A stretch of DNA of 32,000 nt from Thermodesulfobacteriota bacterium (GTDB taxonomy: Bacteria > Desulfobacterota > WTBG01 > JAGOGO01): contig CP113000.1 in the NCBI GenBank assembly GCA_026625185.1, positions 2,952,651 to 2,984,650 on the forward strand. Direction: 5' to 3'. Each line of letters begins with the position of its first letter. Positions within the stretch are counted from its first letter, which is position 1. Below the pieces are notes generated by a model. The model was not told the origin of the DNA and made no database searches. It was given only the letters and a program-made list of their open reading frames with translations. Made by a program: the position numbers and the translations under genes. Positions 27,500 to 32,000 of this stretch are shown here, in pieces.

Positions 27500-27988
27500 T
27501 TAGCCCTTTTGTTTAGTTCCTCGCATCATGGCAACTTTTCCGGTCCTGGCAACTTCTTTAATGCCCATCGGCTTACATAAGTTGATGATCGCATCCAGTT
27601 TTCCTCCATCTCCGGTCACTTCAACCACGTAAGCGTCAGGACCTACATCTACCACCTTTCCCCGAAATATGTCAACAATGTTGAGAAGCTCAGACCGATT
27701 CTCATCAGCCACAGTCACCTTAATCAACGCCATTTCCCGATTCACGAAATCACCATTAACAAAATCAATCACCTTGATGACATTGACCAGCTTGTTAAGC
27801 TGTTTAATAATCTGTTCGAGAATCTGGTCATTGCCCCGGGTAACGATAGTCATTCGGGAAATCGTAGCATCAAGCGTCTCTGCCACCGAAAGACTCTCAA
27901 TGTTAAACCCCCGGCCGCTGAAAAGTCCCGCAATCCGTGAAAGAACTCCCGGTTTATTTTCAACTAAAATCGAAAGGGTGTGTTGCAT
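27500..27988 (-). CDS. ilvN: Acetolactate synthase small (regulatory) subunit.
   Basis: ACT-domain N-terminus MQHTLSILVENKPGVLSRIAGLFSGRGFNIESL. The track ORF (to 28084) begins at an upstream start that overlaps the ilvB 3' end. The ATG at 27988 has a GAGGA RBS and lies 19 nt after the ilvB stop. Confidence 0.88.
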   Translation of the reverse strand: MQHTLSILVENKPGVLSRIAGLFSGRGFNIESLSVAETLDATISRMTIVTRGNDQILEQIIKQLNKLVNVIKVIDFVNGDFVNREMALIKVTVADENRSELLNIVDIFRGKVVDVGPDAYVVEVTGDGGKLDAIINLCKPMGIKEVARTGKVAMMRGTKQKG

Positions 27989-28007
27989 AGTGATCCTCGA
28001 AAATAAA

Positions 28008-29756
28008 TTAAACCAATAACATCTTATTAATAGGAGATCCGGACGGGACCATCGGATAAACACATTCTTCCGGCTCCACCACAAAATCCATTATCACCAG
28101 CCGAGGTGTTGAGAGCGCTTTTTGGATAAGGGGCACAACTTCGTCGGGTTTAACTGCTCGAAGTCCCACCGCACCATATGCCTCCGCCAGCTTAATAAAA
28201 TCGGGTGCCGTGTTCATATGAGTCTGAGAATATCGTCGGTCATAAAAAAGCTCCTGCCATTGCCTGACCATCCCAAGATATCCATTATTAAGAATGGCGA
28301 TTTTTATCGGAAGACCGTGTTGAACAGCGGTTGCCATTTCCTGAATGTTCATCTGAATGCTCCCATCCCCGGCAATATCGATAACCAATCGATCAGGAAA
28401 AGCGATTTGTGCGCCGATTGCGGCAGGAAATCCATATCCCATCGTTCCCAGCCCACCCGAAGTAAGAAGTGTGCGCGGTCGGGTAAATTTATAATACTGG
28501 GCAGTCCACATCTGGTTTTGACCAACTTCAGTGGTAACAATAGCTTCACCCTTAGTGAGTTCGGAAATTTTTTCCACGACAAACTGGGGTTTAATAACGT
28601 TTTTCTGCACATACGAGAGAGGATAGGTTATCTTCCACTCGGCAATTTGATCAAGCCATTCTTTCCTTTTCTTTTTTCCCTCCTTTCCCTTATCTTCCTT
28701 TTTAAGAATCTCGGTCATCTGTTTAAGGGTGGTTTTAACATCCCCCACAATCGGAATATCAACCTTAACATTCTTACTGATGGAGGTGGGATCAATATCA
28801 ATATGGATAATCTTCGCTAACGACGCAAACTCATCAAGCTTGCCGGTAACCCGATCATCGAATCGGGCCCCAACGGAAATTAAAAGGTCACAATTCGTTA
28901 TCGACATATTTGCCGGATAGGTTCCATGCATCCCCAGCATCCCCAGCGAAAGATCATCGTTTTCCGAAAAAGATCCCAAACCCATCAATGTCGTGGCAAC
29001 CGGTATTTTAAATTTTTGAGCGATAAAGCGAAACTCTTCGGCACCATTGGAACTGATAACTCCACCTCCGCCAAGCAGCACCGGTTTTTCAGCGTTGAGA
29101 ATTTCAGTAACTGCCCGCTTAATTTGGCCAACGTGTCCTTTAACGGTTGGATTATAACCCCTCAGATGAATTGTCTCGGGAAAATCATACTCACAAAAAC
29201 TATTCATCACGTCCTTGGGCAAATCAATCAGAACGGGACCAGGACGACCGGTCCGGGCAATATAAAAAGCCTCCCGGATAACTTGGGCTAATTCTACAAT
29301 ATCTTTAACTAAATAATTATGCTTGGTGCAGGGTCGGGTAATCCCCACAATATCTGCTTCCTGAAACGCATCATTTCCAATGAGCATCGTTGGTACCTGC
29401 CCCGTTAAGATAACGATAGGAATGGAGTCCATATAGGCGGTAGCAATACCAGTTACCGTATTGGTTGCTCCCGGACCGGAAGTCACCAACGCTACGCCAA
29501 TTCTGCCTGAAGAGCGTGCATACCCATCCGCTGCATGAACTGCTGCCTGTTCATGACGAACCAAAACATGCCGAATCGGGTAGTTAGGAAGTTCATGATA
29601 AATATCGATTACCGCTCCTCCGGGGTATCCGAAAATAACATCCACCCCTTCTTTAACTAAAGTCTCTAATAAGATTTGAGATCCTTTCAGTCGCAAACTT
29701 TTACCCCTTTCATAACGCTGTGCCTTTGATTCGATATTTACACAAAATTGCTTCAA
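28008..29756 (-). CDS. ilvB: Acetolactate synthase large (catalytic) subunit, TPP-dependent.
   Basis: It contains [38 protein letters not shown] and [11 protein letters not shown]. The longest ORF starts at the ATG at 29756, inside the DUF465 gene. An alternative TTG at 29696 ([11 protein letters not shown]) follows an AAAGGGG RBS and lies just after the DUF465 stop. Confidence 0.9.
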   Translation of the reverse strand: MKQFCVNIESKAQRYERGKSLRLKGSQILLETLVKEGVDVIFGYPGGAVIDIYHELPNYPIRHVLVRHEQAAVHAADGYARSSGRIGVALVTSGPGATNTVTGIATAYMDSIPIVILTGQVPTMLIGNDAFQEADIVGITRPCTKHNYLVKDIVELAQVIREAFYIARTGRPGPVLIDLPKDVMNSFCEYDFPETIHLRGYNPTVKGHVGQIKRAVTEILNAEKPVLLGGGGVISSNGAEEFRFIAQKFKIPVATTLMGLGSFSENDDLSLGMLGMHGTYPANMSITNCDLLISVGARFDDRVTGKLDEFASLAKIIHIDIDPTSISKNVKVDIPIVGDVKTTLKQMTEILKKEDKGKEGKKKRKEWLDQIAEWKITYPLSYVQKNVIKPQFVVEKISELTKGEAIVTTEVGQNQMWTAQYYKFTRPRTLLTSGGLGTMGYGFPAAIGAQIAFPDRLVIDIAGDGSIQMNIQEMATAVQHGLPIKIAILNNGYLGMVRQWQELFYDRRYSQTHMNTAPDFIKLAEAYGAVGLRAVKPDEVVPLIQKALSTPRLVIMDFVVEPEECVYPMVPSGSPINKMLLV

Positions 29757-29946
29757 TCCGGTCTTTACCTCGAAGTTTTAGTTTTTTTAAATTTTTTCTT
29801 TCCGTTTCTTCCTCAGTTGTGAGAAAGGTCCTTTTTTCAAGCTCCTCCAGTTTTCGCTCAAATTCACGGTGCTCTTCCACATGTTGTTTGAGCTCAGTAT
29901 CCTTATCAATCCATTGGGAGATCAACTCCTCATCATATTTTTCCAT
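29710..29946 (-). CDS. Small coiled-coil protein, DUF465 (YdcH-like).
   Basis: 78-aa ORF with a GGGAG RBS. The sequence pattern is [42 protein letters not shown], typical of DUF465. Confidence 0.65.
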   Translation of the reverse strand: MEKYDEELISQWIDKDTELKQHVEEHREFERKLEELEKRTFLTTEEETERKNLKKLKLRGKDRIEAILCKYRIKGTAL

Positions 29947-30038
29947 AGCACTTTCTCCCTCACATCCTCTGTTCCTAAAGTTAACTAAAACTCCTTAGTT
30001 TGCATATTTATCTATTTTTATCATTTTCTTTAAAAAAA

Positions 30039-30725
30039 TCAACTCTTCTTATTACGCTCATCATCAAAAGGCCGAATATAAAGAGGGGTCACATTGTTGA
30101 TCGCAAGAGTATTTCCCTCTTTCAGTTCTTCAAGTCCTAGACAAGCGATGGTAGCCGCCCGGGGATGCCTTAAATGGGGAGGGGCAAATAAGGCTTTTGA
30201 GCCAAGAAATTCCTTTATGAGAGACTCATAAACCTGGCTTCCATCTCCAAGAAATATAACCCTTTCGTTGATTTTTTGCAGGAGTTTTTGGGGAGCAATG
30301 GCCAAGTCGGTGGTTATTTTTTGGAGTTCAAATGACGCATTCCAACGATAAAGTGCCGCAAATACTTCTTTTTTCTTTGCATCTAACATTGGACAAACCA
30401 AAGTCTCTGCACAAGGATAATGATGCGCTAAACCATCGAGGGTTGATATCCCCACTACTGGTTTTGCACTGGCTAAAGAAAGTCCCTTTATGGTACTAAT
30501 GCCGATCCTTAACCCGGTAAAAGACCCTGGACCTATAGAAACAACTAAACCGTCAATGCGGGAAAAAAGAATATCACTATTTTTTAATAATTGGTCAATA
30601 ATGGGAAGAAGACGTTCCGAATGGTTGAGACTCACATTGAGAGTACACTCGCCAATTACTCCTTCATCATTTACTATCGCAACACTTCCAACTCCGGTAG
30701 CGGTTTCAATTCCTAAGACTATCAT
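30039..30725 (-). CDS. tsaB: tRNA threonylcarbamoyladenosine (t6A) biosynthesis protein TsaB.
   Basis: 228-aa ORF containing ILGIETATGVGSVAI, HSERLLP and VSIGPGSFTGLRIG. Confidence 0.88.
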   Translation of the reverse strand: MIVLGIETATGVGSVAIVNDEGVIGECTLNVSLNHSERLLPIIDQLLKNSDILFSRIDGLVVSIGPGSFTGLRIGISTIKGLSLASAKPVVGISTLDGLAHHYPCAETLVCPMLDAKKKEVFAALYRWNASFELQKITTDLAIAPQKLLQKINERVIFLGDGSQVYESLIKEFLGSKALFAPPHLRHPRAATIACLGLEELKEGNTLAINNVTPLYIRPFDDERNKKS

Positions 30726-30779
30726 AAAAGCTCTATCCCTCCTTACTGACCACGGACTAATTGTCTTACGTTTTTTTGT

Positions 30780-32000
30780 CTATTTCCAAGGGAAAAAGTC
30801 TTTAATGTTGCCGGGAAGAACCCGCATTACGTCGTTATACGTTACCGTTACCATTAAAAAAATAAGGATCGCCAACCCAACTTGTTGTGCTATCTCCATC
30901 TTTTTAACCTCGATGGGTTTTCCTTTAATAAGTTCAAAAAATAAAAATAAAATGAAACCACCATCTAACACCGGAATAGGAAATAGGTTTATTATCCCTA
31001 AACTTAATGACAAAAAGGCCATAAACGAAAGGAAGTCCGTAAGGCCGGATTGAGCGGCCTGGCCGCTAAGCTTGGCGATCATAATCGGGCCTCCGAGAGC
31101 CTTAACCGAAAGATTAAAAGTGATCAAATCCTTGAGCATCTTTAGCGTGGACCACGCCATCTCGCCGGTTCTTTGCGCTCCTTTTTTGAGCGACTCAAAA
31201 AACCCGTATTGCTCATTGATGGTTTTTATAAGCGGCATGACGCCAATGAACGGTCTTTTTTCACCGGATATCTCCTGAATCTCCGGCTTTATTAAAAAAA
31301 ACAGCTTTTTATCATTCCTTTGAATTTCAAACTCAATCTCCTTTTCTTTATTATTTTTGATCAGTTGGGGAACTTGATTCCAGTGAAAAATAGGAGTGTT
31401 AGCAATTGAAAGTATTCTATCCCCTGGTTTTAAACCAGCTTTTTCCGCCGGAAACTGAGGAGTGAGGCTTCCAATGATCGGATCAAAAGAGCATTCCCAG
31501 CCCACATATCCTGCGCCAAAGTCCTTATTGGTCAAGGGGGTTAATACGCTTCCCCTCATTGTTCCGTCGCGTAAAAATGAAACCCGCAGATCCTTTTCCG
31601 GATGAGTCAAGATAGTATTTTGCAACTCTTCCCAGTTTTTGATCGTTGCACCATCAATGCTTTTAATAAGGTCTCCTACCTCAAAGCCAGACTTAGCTGC
31701 CGGTGACCCTTCCTCAATCCATCCAATAGTCGGAGCATCTTTCAGGTATTGTGGAACCTGAACCCCGATCATAAAAACAAGAGGGAAAAGCAAAAAAGCA
31801 AGGATTATGTTCATCACTGGACCGGCAACTACAATTTTAAACCGGTCGCCTACTTTTCGGGAAGTAAATTCCGATGGATCATTTTTTAATTCTTCCCCGG
31901 GGTTTTCACCTTTGAGCTTTACATACCCCCCAAGCGGGAGAAGAGAAATGAGATACTCGGTTCCATCGTTTCTTCTCTTAAACCCAACAATCTTTGGCCC
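30780..32000 (-). CDS. rseP: RseP-type site-2 zinc metalloprotease (M50 family, PDZ domains), partial; N-terminus off window.
   Basis: The track ORF starts at an internal Met (31817). The frame stays open to 32000 and reads GPKIVGFKRRNDGTEYLISLLPLGGYVKLKGE...RFKIVVAGPVMNIILAF. It has two PDZ-like segments (GSPAAKSGFEVGDLI and PAEKAGLKPGDRIL) and NLFPIPVLDGG near the C-terminus. Confidence 0.88.
   Translation of the reverse strand, partial: GPKIVGFKRRNDGTEYLISLLPLGGYVKLKGENPGEELKNDPSEFTSRKVGDRFKIVVAGPVMNIILAFLLFPLVFMIGVQVPQYLKDAPTIGWIEEGSPAAKSGFEVGDLIKSIDGATIKNWEELQNTILTHPEKDLRVSFLRDGTMRGSVLTPLTNKDFGAGYVGWECSFDPIIGSLTPQFPAEKAGLKPGDRILSIANTPIFHWNQVPQLIKNNKEKEIEFEIQRNDKKLFFLIKPEIQEISGEKRPFIGVMPLIKTINEQYGFFESLKKGAQRTGEMAWSTLKMLKDLITFNLSVKALGGPIMIAKLSGQAAQSGLTDFLSFMAFLSLSLGIINLFPIPVLDGGFILFLFFELIKGKPIEVKKMEIAQQVGLAILIFLMVTVTYNDVMRVLPGNIKDFFPWK

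Noticed and set aside
27989-28084. N-terminal 32-aa extension of the ilvN track ORF ([12 protein letters not shown]...).
   Set aside because: It overlaps the 3' end of ilvB and has no similarity to AHAS small subunits. A canonical ATG with a GAGGA RBS at 27988 begins the ACT domain.

Overview
All 30 supported protein-coding genes in this 32-kb window lie on the minus strand, and I see no rRNA, tRNA, CRISPR array, transposase or integrase. There are three blocks.

(1) Positions 1-18412 hold a tightly packed Wood-Ljungdahl (reductive acetyl-CoA) operon. In transcription order it reads fhs, cooC, folD, acsD, acsA/cooS, acsB, acsC, acsE, hdrC, hdrB, then an unusual flavin/Fe-S module. In that module an HdrA reading frame appears split, with its two parts fused to NuoE-like and NuoG-like domains flanking a NuoF/HydB-like gene. 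The last gene (1-2321) is absent from the supplied ORF track because it runs off the left edge. I recovered it by manual translation.

(2) Positions 18413-18889 form a very AT-rich 5' region upstream of fhs. It carries a 15-bp tandem repeat array, 22-bp-spaced direct repeats, several palindromes, and a strong terminator hairpin for the upstream gene.

(3) Positions 18890-32000 are housekeeping genes: a PEGA lipoprotein, yraN, rnhB, rplS, trmD, a KH-domain protein, rpsP, ffh, leuA, pssA, ilvC, ilvN, ilvB, DUF465, tsaB and rseP (partial).

Two copies of a roughly 100-bp intergenic repeat with inverted ends flank the lipoprotein/yraN pair.

Most of the window is ordinary, well-known core metabolism. 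The candidate novelty is the Hdr/NuoEFG-like hybrid at the 3' end of the acs operon, followed by the repeat-laden fhs leader. All product calls rest on motif recognition by eye in the translated ORFs; no database search was possible.
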